A stretch of DNA of 36,307 nt from an uncultured Clostridia bacterium. GTDB taxonomy: Bacteria; Bacillota; Clostridia; TANB77; CAG-508. Positions 8,445 to 17,004 of this stretch are shown one piece after another (the first letter of the stretch is position 1; each line of letters begins with the position of its first letter). The notes beneath the pieces are model-generated. The model was not told where the DNA came from and searched no databases. It saw only the letters and a program-made list of their open reading frames with translations. The position numbers were made by a program, and so were the translations under genes. The DNA lies in the NCBI GenBank assembly GCA_947627785.1, contig CANQXC010000108.1, forward strand, positions 1-36,307, read 5' to 3'.

Positions 8445-8621
8445 GATTTAAAGATTAAAAATTTTGCAAGCGAAGTGGTTCTAATGTAGGGAGTTAGAAA
8501 TTCTAAACAGATTTTTTGGAAATAGTTCAAATTTACTTTGAAAGGGTGCCAAAAAAGATGTATAGAATTTCTACGAACCGGAATTAGACAAACAAGCTAA
8601 AAAATTTTTAATCTTTAAATC
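8445..8621. repeat. 177-bp element bounded by perfect 21-bp inverted repeats (MITE-like or invertible-switch-like)
   Basis: GATTTAAAGATTAAAAATTTT at 8445-8465 has its exact reverse complement at 8601-8621. A second inner arm pair, 8495-8519 and 8549-8573, matches in 22 of 25 positions. TAAT immediately flanks both ends. Confidence 0.6.
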
Positions 8622-8655
8622 TAATATTTATAAAAAAATTTCAAAAATTTAACTC

Positions 8656-8684
8656 GTGTAAAACGAAAAAAAATACACATACTA
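8656..8684 (+). promoter_or_regulatory. Possible forespore (sigmaG-type) promoter of the SASP gene
   Basis: GTGTAA, about 16 nt, then CATACTA. The -10 matches the recalled sigmaG CATnnTA pattern. The -35 element and the spacing are imperfect. Confidence 0.35.
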
Positions 8685-8739
8685 GATTTAAGAAAAATGA
8701 ATTAAATAAAATCCATTTTTCTTAAAGGAGGATTTTAAG

Positions 8740-8907
8740 ATGTCTGGTAACAAAAACTTAATGTCTGAAAATCTAAAAGCAGAAATAGCAAAAGAATTAG
8801 GAGTATACGATATAGTAAAACGTGATGGAAGTTGGGCAAATGTATCTTCAAAACAATGCGGTTCTATGATTGCGAAGGCAATAGAAATCGCAAACAGAAG
8901 TGTATAA
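8740..8907 (+). CDS. Alpha/beta-type small acid-soluble spore protein (55 aa, below the ORF-track size cutoff)
   Basis: Hand translation gives MSGNKNLMSENLKAEIAKELGVYDIVKRDGSWANVSSKQCGSMIAKAIEIANRSV*. It has the two conserved SASP blocks (K.EIA.ELGV and the G.-containing ...KA.E.A block), a strong AAAGGAGG RBS, and a terminator downstream. Confidence 0.72.
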   Translation: MSGNKNLMSENLKAEIAKELGVYDIVKRDGSWANVSSKQCGSMIAKAIEIANRSV

Positions 8908-8931
8908 CTAAATAGTATGTTAAGCGGAAGT

Positions 8932-8958
8932 TAGGAACCCTTACGGGTTCCTAATTTT
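8932..8958 (+). terminator. Rho-independent terminator after the SASP gene
   Basis: TAGGAACCC-ttac-GGGTTCCTA followed by ATTTTC. Confidence 0.7.
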
Positions 8959-8984
8959 CATTGTCTAAAATAAAAAAATAAAGC

Positions 8985-9013
8985 TTGATTATTTATAACT
9001 TTTGTTATATAAT
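8985..9013 (+). promoter_or_regulatory. sigmaA-type promoter of the glycopolymer operon
   Basis: TTGATT, exact 17-nt spacer, TATAAT, about 25 nt upstream of the permease ATG. Confidence 0.6.
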
Positions 9014-9037
9014 TATGCAGAAAATCGGAGGGATTAT

Positions 9038-9826
9038 ATGTTTCTAAAAAATGTTACAATTAATTTAAAAAAATATTCATTTTTATTACAACAACTAGTA
9101 AGTAGAGATTTTAAAGTAAAATATAAAAGATCAGTATTAGGAATTGTATGGAGTTTATTATATCCAATTTTAACAATGGTGGTTATGGCAATAGTATTTT
9201 CAAATGTATTTAAATTTAGTACACCAGGAGTAAATTATTTAGCATATTTACTTTCAGGGTTAGTAATGTTTAACTACTTTAATGAAGCATCAAACTTAGC
9301 AATGAGTTCAGTTGTGGGAAGCTTTTCACTATTAAATAAAATATACATACCAAAATATATTTTCCCATTATCAAAATGTTTATTTGTAGGAATAAACTTT
9401 TTATTAACATTAGTTCCATTATACATAGTGCTATTTGCTACTGGTACAGGAGTGAATATATATCACTTATTACTACCATATGCATTTATATGTTTATTTA
9501 TGTTTACATTAGGTATGGGCTTTATACTTTCAGCAGTATCAGTATTTTTACGAGATATGTTTTATATATATGGAATTGTAGTAATGATGTGGACATATTT
9601 AACTCCAATTATGTATGATATAAAAATGATTAACGAAAGTTTACAACCTTGGTTAAAACTAAATCCAATGTATCATTATATAAACTTTGCAAGAGAAATA
9701 ATACTATATGGAAGAATTCCACAACCATTTACCTGGGTTACATGTATAATTTCAGCAGTATTCGTTTTAATAGTTGGAGTAGTTGTATTTAAGAAAACAC
9801 AGGATAAATTCATTTATTATGTATAG
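9038..9826 (+). CDS. ABC-2 type polysaccharide/teichoic-acid export permease (TagG/Wzm-like)
   Basis: N-terminal LLQQLVSRDFKVKYKRSVLGIVWSLL.P signature of ABC-2 exporters and six predicted TM helices. I prefer the ATG at 9038, which has a GGAGGG RBS, over the track's TTG at 9002. Confidence 0.85.
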   Translation: MFLKNVTINLKKYSFLLQQLVSRDFKVKYKRSVLGIVWSLLYPILTMVVMAIVFSNVFKFSTPGVNYLAYLLSGLVMFNYFNEASNLAMSSVVGSFSLLNKIYIPKYIFPLSKCLFVGINFLLTLVPLYIVLFATGTGVNIYHLLLPYAFICLFMFTLGMGFILSAVSVFLRDMFYIYGIVVMMWTYLTPIMYDIKMINESLQPWLKLNPMYHYINFAREIILYGRIPQPFTWVTCIISAVFVLIVGVVVFKKTQDKFIYYV

Positions 9827-9840
9827 TAATAGGAGGAAAT

Positions 9841-10578
9841 ATGATAAAAGTAAATAATGTATCAATGAAATTTAACCTTGGGATAGAAAAAAATTTTTCA
9901 TTAAAACAATTTTTCATAAACTTGTTTAAAAGCAAGAAAAATAAACCAAAAAAAGAAGAGTTTTGGGCACTTAAAGATGTAAGTTTTGAAGTAAAAAAAG
10001 GAGAAGTAATAGGATTTATTGGAAGTAATGGAGCTGGAAAATCAACAATGCTAAAAGTAATAGCAGGTGTAATGAAACCTACAAAAGGAAGTGTGGAGGT
10101 TTATGGCAATATTTGCCCTATGATAGAATTGGGAGCAGGCTTTGATCCAGACCTTACTGCAAGAGAAAACATATATTTAAATGGAGCTGTTCTAGGATAT
10201 AGTAAAGAATTCTTAGAAAGTAAATTTGAAGAAATAGTAGAATTTTCTGAATTAAGAGAATTTTTGGATGTACCGGTAAGAAATTTTTCATCTGGTATGA
10301 CAGCAAGACTTGCATTTTCTATAGCAACAGTTGTAGATCCAGAAATATTAATAGTAGATGAAATTTTATCAGTAGGAGATATAGCATTTCAACAAAAAAG
10401 TGAAGAAAAAATGAAAAGTTTAATAGGAGGAGGAACTACGGTACTTTTTGTATCACATTCACTTGAACAAATAAAAAAAATATGCAACAAAGTTATATGG
10501 TTAGAACATGGGCACATAAAAAAAATAGGTCCTTCAAAAGAAATGTGTAAAGAATATTATGAAGAACAAGTTAAATAG
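9841..10578 (+). CDS. Polysaccharide/teichoic-acid export ATP-binding protein (TagH/Wzt-like, short form without a C-terminal glycan-binding domain)
   Basis: Walker A GSNGAGKST, signature FSSGMTARLAF, Walker B ILIVDE, H-loop SHS. Confidence 0.9.
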   Translation: MIKVNNVSMKFNLGIEKNFSLKQFFINLFKSKKNKPKKEEFWALKDVSFEVKKGEVIGFIGSNGAGKSTMLKVIAGVMKPTKGSVEVYGNICPMIELGAGFDPDLTARENIYLNGAVLGYSKEFLESKFEEIVEFSELREFLDVPVRNFSSGMTARLAFSIATVVDPEILIVDEILSVGDIAFQQKSEEKMKSLIGGGTTVLFVSHSLEQIKKICNKVIWLEHGHIKKIGPSKEMCKEYYEEQVK

Positions 10579-10587
10579 GAGGACTAA

Positions 10588-12567
10588 ATGAATCAAAAAA
10601 TAGAAAAGGTGAAAGAATACTATAAATCTAATGGACTAAAAGAAACTATTAAAAAGGTATATAGATATACTTCATTTAAATTAAAGATAAAGAATCCGAG
10701 CAAATCAAATGTAGTATATAAATTATCTAAAAGAGAAAAAGAATTAATTAATTTAAAAACTCACAATAGAATATTTATGTTCACCAACATTCCATATTTT
10801 GATGTGGGTGGAGGACAGAGAGCAGCACAACTTGCAAAAACTTTCAATAGTATGGGATATGAAGTACAATATTTCTATGCATTTGAATCAAGTGAAACAG
10901 CCAAACATACTATGTTACTTCCAGTTACAGTACATAAAAAAATAAGTAAAATAAAAAGAGAAGAATTTGAAAAAGATATAAAAAAAGAAGATATTTTCAT
11001 ATTTGAAGCACCAATGGATACTTTTATTCCATATTTAGAAATGGCAGAAAAAAATAAATGCAGAATAATATATGAAAATATAGATAATTGGGAAACTTCA
11101 CTTGGAAAAATGTTTTTTTCAGAAGAAGCACTAAAACAATTTCTAAAAAAATCCACTTTATTAATAGGCACAGCAAAATTATTAGAAGAACAACTAAAAA
11201 ATTACTTAAAAAAATATAACATAAAAAATAAAAAAACAATATATTTACCAAATGCAGTAGATTCAGATTTATTTGACCCACGAAAAAAATATGACAAGCC
11301 AGAAGATTTAATATTAGGCAAAAAAACATTAATATATTATGGCTCATTATGGGGAAGCTGGTTCGACTGGGATTTATTAAAAAAAGTAGCAAAAGAATGT
11401 CAGCAAGTAGAAATAAATCTAATAGGAGATTATGCAGGTATAATGGATATAGTAAAGAAAATGCCAAAAAATGTGCATTTCTTAGGATTAAAGAAACAAA
11501 CAGATTTACCAAGTTACTTACAATATTCAGACTATGCAATATTACCTTTCAAGCCAGATGAAATTGGAAAATATGTTTCTCCATTAAAATTATTTGAATA
11601 TATTGCAATGAATAAGCCTGTAATATCAACTAAATTGGATGATATATTAGAATATGAGAATGTATATTCTTCAAATTTAAGTGAAGATTGGGTTAATTAT
11701 ATAAATGAAGGTCTATCATTTAATGAAGAAAGCAGAAATAAGTTTATATTAGAAAATGATTGGTATGCAAGATGTTCAGAATTAATAGATAATTTAGAAA
11801 ACGATAATAGATGTCCAAAAGAATTTTATAATAATATTTCTATTGTTATATTAAATTATAATAATAAAAATGTCATTGAAAATTGTATTAATTCTATTCT
11901 AAGATTCAATGAGAGATACAATGTAGAAATTATTGTAGTAGACAATCAAAGTACAGATGGTTCATACAAATTACTACAAGAAAAATATTCAGACAAGATA
12001 AAACTATATCAAAATACAAAAAACGGTTGTTCATCAGGTAGAAATTTAGGAGTATCTAAAGCAAGTAAAGAATACATTATGTTCTTAGATAGTGATCAAT
12101 GGGTATTACATAAATATTGGCTAGATGCATATATAGATATTTTACAAAAGAATAAAAAAATAGGTGCATTAGGTTGGGCAGCAGGATGGTTTAATAAAGA
12201 GGGATATTCTTATCACGTTGTTGATAGTTTTCCATATAAATACTTGCCACCAATTGGTCTATATAGAAGTGATATAGGATATTTAGGAACTGGTGGAATG
12301 ATATTAAAAAAGAAACTATTTGATAAACTAGAAGGATTTGACTTAAATTATGATCCAACATGTTATGAAGATACTGATTTATCTTTGAAAATAAGAAATA
12401 GTGGATTAGAAATAGCATATACAACGTATTTAGGAGTAGGACATTTACCACATCAAACTACTAAAAGTGGAACTAAAGAACATGACAATTTAATAAAAAG
12501 TAAAGGAGATTATTTTATTTCTAAATGGAAGAAAAAAAATCCTAAACTTTTAAAATATATAAAATAA
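10588..12567 (+). CDS. Bifunctional glycosyltransferase: N-terminal GT-B (GT4/TuaH-like) domain plus C-terminal GT2 domain
   Basis: The N-terminal half resembles the 22413-23711 protein (YYGS.WGSWFDWDLL...VHFLG.K....P.YL...D..I.PF........SPLKLFEYIA..KPVIST). The C-terminal half has GT2 motifs (SIVILNYNN...VVDNQSTDGS...FLDSDQ...YEDTDL). Confidence 0.75.
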   Translation: MNQKIEKVKEYYKSNGLKETIKKVYRYTSFKLKIKNPSKSNVVYKLSKREKELINLKTHNRIFMFTNIPYFDVGGGQRAAQLAKTFNSMGYEVQYFYAFESSETAKHTMLLPVTVHKKISKIKREEFEKDIKKEDIFIFEAPMDTFIPYLEMAEKNKCRIIYENIDNWETSLGKMFFSEEALKQFLKKSTLLIGTAKLLEEQLKNYLKKYNIKNKKTIYLPNAVDSDLFDPRKKYDKPEDLILGKKTLIYYGSLWGSWFDWDLLKKVAKECQQVEINLIGDYAGIMDIVKKMPKNVHFLGLKKQTDLPSYLQYSDYAILPFKPDEIGKYVSPLKLFEYIAMNKPVISTKLDDILEYENVYSSNLSEDWVNYINEGLSFNEESRNKFILENDWYARCSELIDNLENDNRCPKEFYNNISIVILNYNNKNVIENCINSILRFNERYNVEIIVVDNQSTDGSYKLLQEKYSDKIKLYQNTKNGCSSGRNLGVSKASKEYIMFLDSDQWVLHKYWLDAYIDILQKNKKIGALGWAAGWFNKEGYSYHVVDSFPYKYLPPIGLYRSDIGYLGTGGMILKKKLFDKLEGFDLNYDPTCYEDTDLSLKIRNSGLEIAYTTYLGVGHLPHQTTKSGTKEHDNLIKSKGDYFISKWKKKNPKLLKYIK

Positions 12568-12584
12568 AGAAAGAGGTAATAAAT

Positions 12585-13583
12585 ATGTTTAAAGACAAAG
12601 TATTATTAATTACAGGTGGAACAGGTTCATTTGGAAATGCTGTTTTAAAAAGATTTTTAAATTCTGATTTAAAGGAAATTAGAATTTTCTCAAGAGATGA
12701 AAAGAAACAAGATGATATGAGAAAAAGATATAATAATTCTAAAATAAAATTTTACATAGGAGATGTTAGAGATTACAATAGTGTAGCAGATGCAATGGAT
12801 GGAGTAGACTATGTATTTCATGCAGCAGCATTGAAACAAGTTCCATCATGTGAATTCTTTCCATTACAAGCAGTTCAAACAAATGTAATAGGAACAGGCA
12901 ATGTATTAGATGCAGCAATTGCAAAAAAAGTAAAAAAAGTTATCGTTTTAAGTACAGATAAGGCAGCATATCCAATAAACGCAATGGGAATGAGTAAAGC
13001 ATTAATGGAAAAAGTAGCAGTAGCAAAAGGTAGAGATGTTGGAGAAAAAGGAACAATAATATGCCGTACAAGATATGGTAATGTAATGGGATCAAGAGGT
13101 TCAGTTATACCATTATTTAAAAAACAAATAGCAGAGGGTAAACCTCTTACAATAACAAATCCAGACATGACAAGATTTATGATGACATTAGATGATGCAG
13201 TAGATTTGGTTATTTATGCATTCGAACATGGAAAACAAGGTGATTTATTTGTTCAAAAAGCACCAGCAGCAACAATTAACGTCCTAGCCGAAGCAGTTAA
13301 AAAAATGGAAAATGCTAATAATACCATAAAACATATAGGAACAAGACATGGAGAAAAATTATATGAAGTTCTAGTTACAAAAGAGGAAATGTTAAATGCA
13401 GAGGATTTAGGAGAGTATTTTAGAATACCAGCAGATAATAGAGACTTAAATTATAATAAATATGAAATACATGGCAATGAATCATTAGACAATGTAGAAG
13501 AATATACGTCACACAATACTGAAAGATTAAATGTAGACGAGATGATAAAATTATTAATAAAAATGGGGGAAATTGAAGAATGA
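12585..13583 (+). CDS. UDP-N-acetylglucosamine 4,6-dehydratase/5-epimerase (CapE/FnlA/WbjB/WbvB type)
   Basis: Very close by recall to S. aureus CapE: KVLLITGGTGSFGNAV.KRFL....KEIRIFSRDEKKQDD.RK.YNNSK.KFYIGDVRD, HAAALKQVPSCEFFP, LSTDKAAYPINAMGMSKA, TRYGNVM.SRGSVIPLF. Confidence 0.85.
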   Translation: MFKDKVLLITGGTGSFGNAVLKRFLNSDLKEIRIFSRDEKKQDDMRKRYNNSKIKFYIGDVRDYNSVADAMDGVDYVFHAAALKQVPSCEFFPLQAVQTNVIGTGNVLDAAIAKKVKKVIVLSTDKAAYPINAMGMSKALMEKVAVAKGRDVGEKGTIICRTRYGNVMGSRGSVIPLFKKQIAEGKPLTITNPDMTRFMMTLDDAVDLVIYAFEHGKQGDLFVQKAPAATINVLAEAVKKMENANNTIKHIGTRHGEKLYEVLVTKEEMLNAEDLGEYFRIPADNRDLNYNKYEIHGNESLDNVEEYTSHNTERLNVDEMIKLLIKMGEIEE

Positions 13584-14437
13584 GAATATTAGTATTAGGC
13601 TCAGAAGGAATGCTAGGACATGTTGTAAAAAAATATTTTGAAAAAAAGGGATATGAAGTTTATAGTACAAGCAGAGATAAAAATGATATAAATTATTTTG
13701 ATCTTACAGATAATATCAAAAATATAGATGAAATTGTAAAAAGAATAAAACCACAAGTTGTAATTAACTGTATAGGACTATTAAATAAAGTGGCAGAAGA
13801 AAATCAAGCATTAGCAGTTTTAATAAATAGTTATTTACCACATTATATGGATGAATTATCAGAAAAAGAAAATTTTAAATTTATACATGTTAGCACAGAT
13901 TGTGTTTTTGATGGAAAAAAGGGACAATATCAAACAGATAGTTTTAAAGATGCATATAGTTTTTATGGACAATCTAAGGCATTAGGGGAAATAAATAATA
14001 ACAGAAGCGTAACACTAAGAACATCAATAGTAGGACCAGATGAAAATCCAAAAGGTATAGGATTATTTCAATGGTTTATGAACCAAGAAAACGAAGCAAA
14101 AGGTTTTTCAAAAGTTATTTGGACAGGAATTACTACATTGCAATTTGCAAAATGCATGGAAGAAGCAATAAAAAATAATCTATCTGGTTTATATCATGCA
14201 ATTAATGGAGAAGAAATAGCAAAGGCAGATTTATTAAGATTATTTGCAAAATATTTTAAAACATCAGTAAAAGTTATAGATGATGCAAGTTATGTATCTA
14301 ATAAAAGTTTAGTGCTAAAAGAATCAGATTACAAATTTAATATTCCAAGCTATGAAGAAATGATAAAAGAAATGAAAGAATGGGTATTAGAAAATAAAGA
14401 AATGTATCCAAACTTAATTAAAAAAATGGAAAACTAA
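13580..14437 (+). CDS. NAD(P)-dependent SDR, RmlD-like 4-reductase (candidate WbvR-type UDP-4-keto-6-deoxy-L-HexNAc reductase)
   Basis: Rossmann N-terminus (ILVLGSEGMLG), a YxxxK-type motif (YGQSKALGE), and 285 aa. It overlaps the upstream gene by 4 nt (ATGA). It is shorter than the CapF/FnlB type of about 370 aa. Confidence 0.55.
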   Translation: MRILVLGSEGMLGHVVKKYFEKKGYEVYSTSRDKNDINYFDLTDNIKNIDEIVKRIKPQVVINCIGLLNKVAEENQALAVLINSYLPHYMDELSEKENFKFIHVSTDCVFDGKKGQYQTDSFKDAYSFYGQSKALGEINNNRSVTLRTSIVGPDENPKGIGLFQWFMNQENEAKGFSKVIWTGITTLQFAKCMEEAIKNNLSGLYHAINGEEIAKADLLRLFAKYFKTSVKVIDDASYVSNKSLVLKESDYKFNIPSYEEMIKEMKEWVLENKEMYPNLIKKMEN

Positions 14438-14472
14438 AAAAACAGTACTATTAAGTGAAAGGAATGATAAAA

Positions 14473-15582
14473 ATGAAAGTAATGACAATAGTTGGAACTA
14501 GACCTGAAATTATAAAATTAGCATGCGTTATAGAAGAATTAGATAAATATACAGAGCATATTTTGGTACATACTGGGCAAAACTATGATTATGAATTAAA
14601 TGAAATATTTTTCGATGGAATGAATATAAGAAAACCAGATATTTATATGAATGCTGCAGGTAAAACTCCTGCTGAAACAATAGGAAATACAATAAGCATA
14701 TCAGATAAATTAATAAAAGAACATAAACCAGATGCAATACTTTTATATGGAGATACGAATTCTTGCTTATCAGTAATTTCAGCAAAAAGAAATAAAATAC
14801 CAGTATTTCATATGGAAGCAGGAAATAGATGCTTTGATCAAAGAGTGCCAGAAGAAATAAATAGGAAAATAGTCGACCATTCGAGTGATATAAATATGAC
14901 AATTACAGAACACGCAAGAAGATATTTAATATCAGAAGGAATAAGACCAGAAACAATAATAAAAATAGGTTCTAGTATGAAAGAAGTTTTACATAAGAAT
15001 GCTAAAACCATAGAAGAAAGTAAAGTATTAGAAACATTAAATTTAAAAAGGGGAAAATATTTTGTTTTAAGTACACATAGAGAAGAAAATGTGGACAATC
15101 CGAAAAATTTTGAAAATTTACTAAATTCAATAAATGTAATAGCAGAAAAATATAAAATGCCAATAATATTTTCTGCACATCCAAGAACTAGAAAGAAAAT
15201 AGAGGAATTAAATTTTAAATTTAATGAGAATGTAAAATATATGAAACCATTAGGGTTTGCAGATTATAATAAATTACAACAAAATGCATTTTGTGTAATA
15301 TCAGATAGTGGAACAATAACAGAGGAATCATCAATATTAGGATTCCCAGCAATAACAGTAAGGCAAGCACATGAAAGACCAGAAGGTATGGACGAGGGAA
15401 CACTAATAATGAGCGGATTAGAAAGTAATAATATAATAAATGCAATAGATGTTGTTACAAGTCAAAAAGAAAAAATGCATATAGTAAACGATTATGATGC
15501 AGACCATGTAGCTGCAAAAGTAGTAAGAATTATACTAAGTTATACAGATTATATAAATAGAACAGTTTGGAAAAAATATTAA
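14473..15582 (+). CDS. UDP-2-acetamido-2,6-dideoxy-L-hexose 2-epimerase (Cap5G/FnlC/WbjD/WbvD type, non-hydrolysing WecB family)
   Basis: MTIVGTRPEIIKL........ILVHTGQNYDYELNEIFF....IRKPD matches the Cap5G-type N-terminus by recall. A typical start MKVMTIVGTRPE is at 14473. The track's GTG at 14455 is possible but less likely. Confidence 0.8.
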   Translation: MKVMTIVGTRPEIIKLACVIEELDKYTEHILVHTGQNYDYELNEIFFDGMNIRKPDIYMNAAGKTPAETIGNTISISDKLIKEHKPDAILLYGDTNSCLSVISAKRNKIPVFHMEAGNRCFDQRVPEEINRKIVDHSSDINMTITEHARRYLISEGIRPETIIKIGSSMKEVLHKNAKTIEESKVLETLNLKRGKYFVLSTHREENVDNPKNFENLLNSINVIAEKYKMPIIFSAHPRTRKKIEELNFKFNENVKYMKPLGFADYNKLQQNAFCVISDSGTITEESSILGFPAITVRQAHERPEGMDEGTLIMSGLESNNIINAIDVVTSQKEKMHIVNDYDADHVAAKVVRIILSYTDYINRTVWKKY

Positions 15583-15596
15583 TAAGGAGATAATGA

Positions 15597-17003
15597 ATGG
15601 ATTTATCAATAATTATTCCAATGTATAATCATGAAAGTTTTGTAGAACAAGCTATAAGAAGTATGATAAAAGGTTTATCATATAGCTCAGAAATTATTGT
15701 TATAAATGATGCTTCTACAGATAATTCTTTACAGATAGTAAAAAGGTTACAAGATGAATATAAAAATATAAAGATATTAGAAAATTCAAGAAACTATGGC
15801 TGTGCATATAGTATAAACAAGGGGATAGAGATTGCTCAAGGTAAATATATAGGTATTAATAGTTCTGATGATTTTGTTGATGAAGGATATTATCAAAAAA
15901 TGTTAGATATAGCATTTAAAGAAGATGCAGATGTTGTATGTGCTAATATAGCGCAGTATAACGATAAAACTGATGAAACTATATATTTTAAAATAGAAGA
16001 CGGAAATATTGCAATAGATGATATGATAGAGTATGAAAATGAACCAGTACAGGTAAAGGATACTTTACTTTTAGGACATTGGACAGCGGCTTCATCTAGT
16101 ACAAAAATAATAAAAAAACAATATTATGATAAATATAAATTTATAGGGACTAAAGCTAATGATATTCCTTGTATATATCCTATATTAGCATCAGCAAATA
16201 AAATAATTTACTATCCAAAGTTATATAAACATTATAGAATTGTCGAAAAGTCATTATCAAGAAAAAACGATGAAGAAAATTACAATTCGGTAATAGAATC
16301 TATTATAAAAGCTTTTGAATTATTAGATGAAATTAATGCAAGAGAAGAAAAAGAAATATTATTTTTTAATAATTGTATGTGTTATTTTATCTTTACATTA
16401 AATAATATAGAAGATGAAGAATTAAAAATAAAATGTATGGAAAATTTTTATAATAGATTAAAACAATATAGTAACACAATATTCGAAGATATGGAGCAAA
16501 GTAAATATTTTAAAAAATTTATATCAATGAATATTAATGAAAAAATATATAAACTGATTATAGAGGGAAGAATAATTGAATTAATATATTCAATTAAATT
16601 GATGAAACAAAAAGAAGAATTAGAAAATAAAATTTCAAATTTATCAAAAGAAAATGATAATTTATTTATTAGTAATGAATTATTAAATAAAGAAAATCAA
16701 AAATTACAACAGATAAGTAATAAAATTAGTGAAGAAAATGAAGAACTAAAGCTAAAGAATAAAGACTTAGAAAAAAAAAACATACAATCAGATTTAGAAA
16801 AAGAAAAACAAAAAAAAGAAAATAAAGAATTGGAAACAGAAAATAAAGAACTAAAAGAAGAAAATAAGAAGTTAAATACAAAAAATGAGCAGCAAAAAGA
16901 TACTTATGAAAAAATAATAAAAATCTATGAAGAAAGTAAAAGTTGGAAAATAACAAAACCTATTAGAAAAATATGTAGTAAATTTCATAAAATAAGGAGA
17001 TAA
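15597..17003 (+). CDS. GT2 glycosyltransferase with a long C-terminal coiled-coil tail
   Basis: GT2 N-terminus (LSIIIPMYNHE...VINDASTDNS...NSSDD), a Lys/Glu/Asn heptad-like tail of about 120 aa, and a terminal SWKITKPIRK motif. Confidence 0.75.
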   Translation: MDLSIIIPMYNHESFVEQAIRSMIKGLSYSSEIIVINDASTDNSLQIVKRLQDEYKNIKILENSRNYGCAYSINKGIEIAQGKYIGINSSDDFVDEGYYQKMLDIAFKEDADVVCANIAQYNDKTDETIYFKIEDGNIAIDDMIEYENEPVQVKDTLLLGHWTAASSSTKIIKKQYYDKYKFIGTKANDIPCIYPILASANKIIYYPKLYKHYRIVEKSLSRKNDEENYNSVIESIIKAFELLDEINAREEKEILFFNNCMCYFIFTLNNIEDEELKIKCMENFYNRLKQYSNTIFEDMEQSKYFKKFISMNINEKIYKLIIEGRIIELIYSIKLMKQKEELENKISNLSKENDNLFISNELLNKENQKLQQISNKISEENEELKLKNKDLEKKNIQSDLEKEKQKKENKELETENKELKEENKKLNTKNEQQKDTYEKIIKIYEESKSWKITKPIRKICSKFHKIRR

Positions 17004-17004
17004 A

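Noticed and set aside
9002-9037. N-terminal extensions suggested by the ORF track: TTG 9002, GTG 14455, 20792, TTG 32910, 33991 and 35586.
   Set aside because: In each case an internal ATG a few codons downstream has a properly spaced Shine-Dalgarno sequence and gives a family-typical N-terminus. The upstream starts lack an RBS.
9376-9618. Same-strand alternative-frame ORFs: 80 aa inside the permease gene, 11349-11561 inside the GT gene, and 34479-34685 opposite the VirB6-like gene.
   Set aside because: They are fully embedded in better-supported frames and have no RBS or recognisable motif.
11024-11539. A 171-aa minus-strand ORF inside the bifunctional GT gene. Similar cases are 21190-21735 (181 aa), 10875-11171, 12191-12451, 12875-13168, 14528-15445, 16726-16956, 19754-20011, 23378-23590, 24666-25347, 26092-26391, 27408-27733 and 28132-29424.
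   Set aside because: All are antisense to genes with clear family motifs, have hydrophobic low-complexity translations and lack RBSs. They are best explained as compositional artefacts.
16590-16900. Repetitive GAAAATAAAGAA-type DNA that could be mistaken for a tandem repeat array.
   Set aside because: It is the in-frame coding sequence of a Lys/Glu/Asn coiled coil (KENKELETENKELKEENKKL). The periodicity is irregular and there is no spacer-repeat structure.
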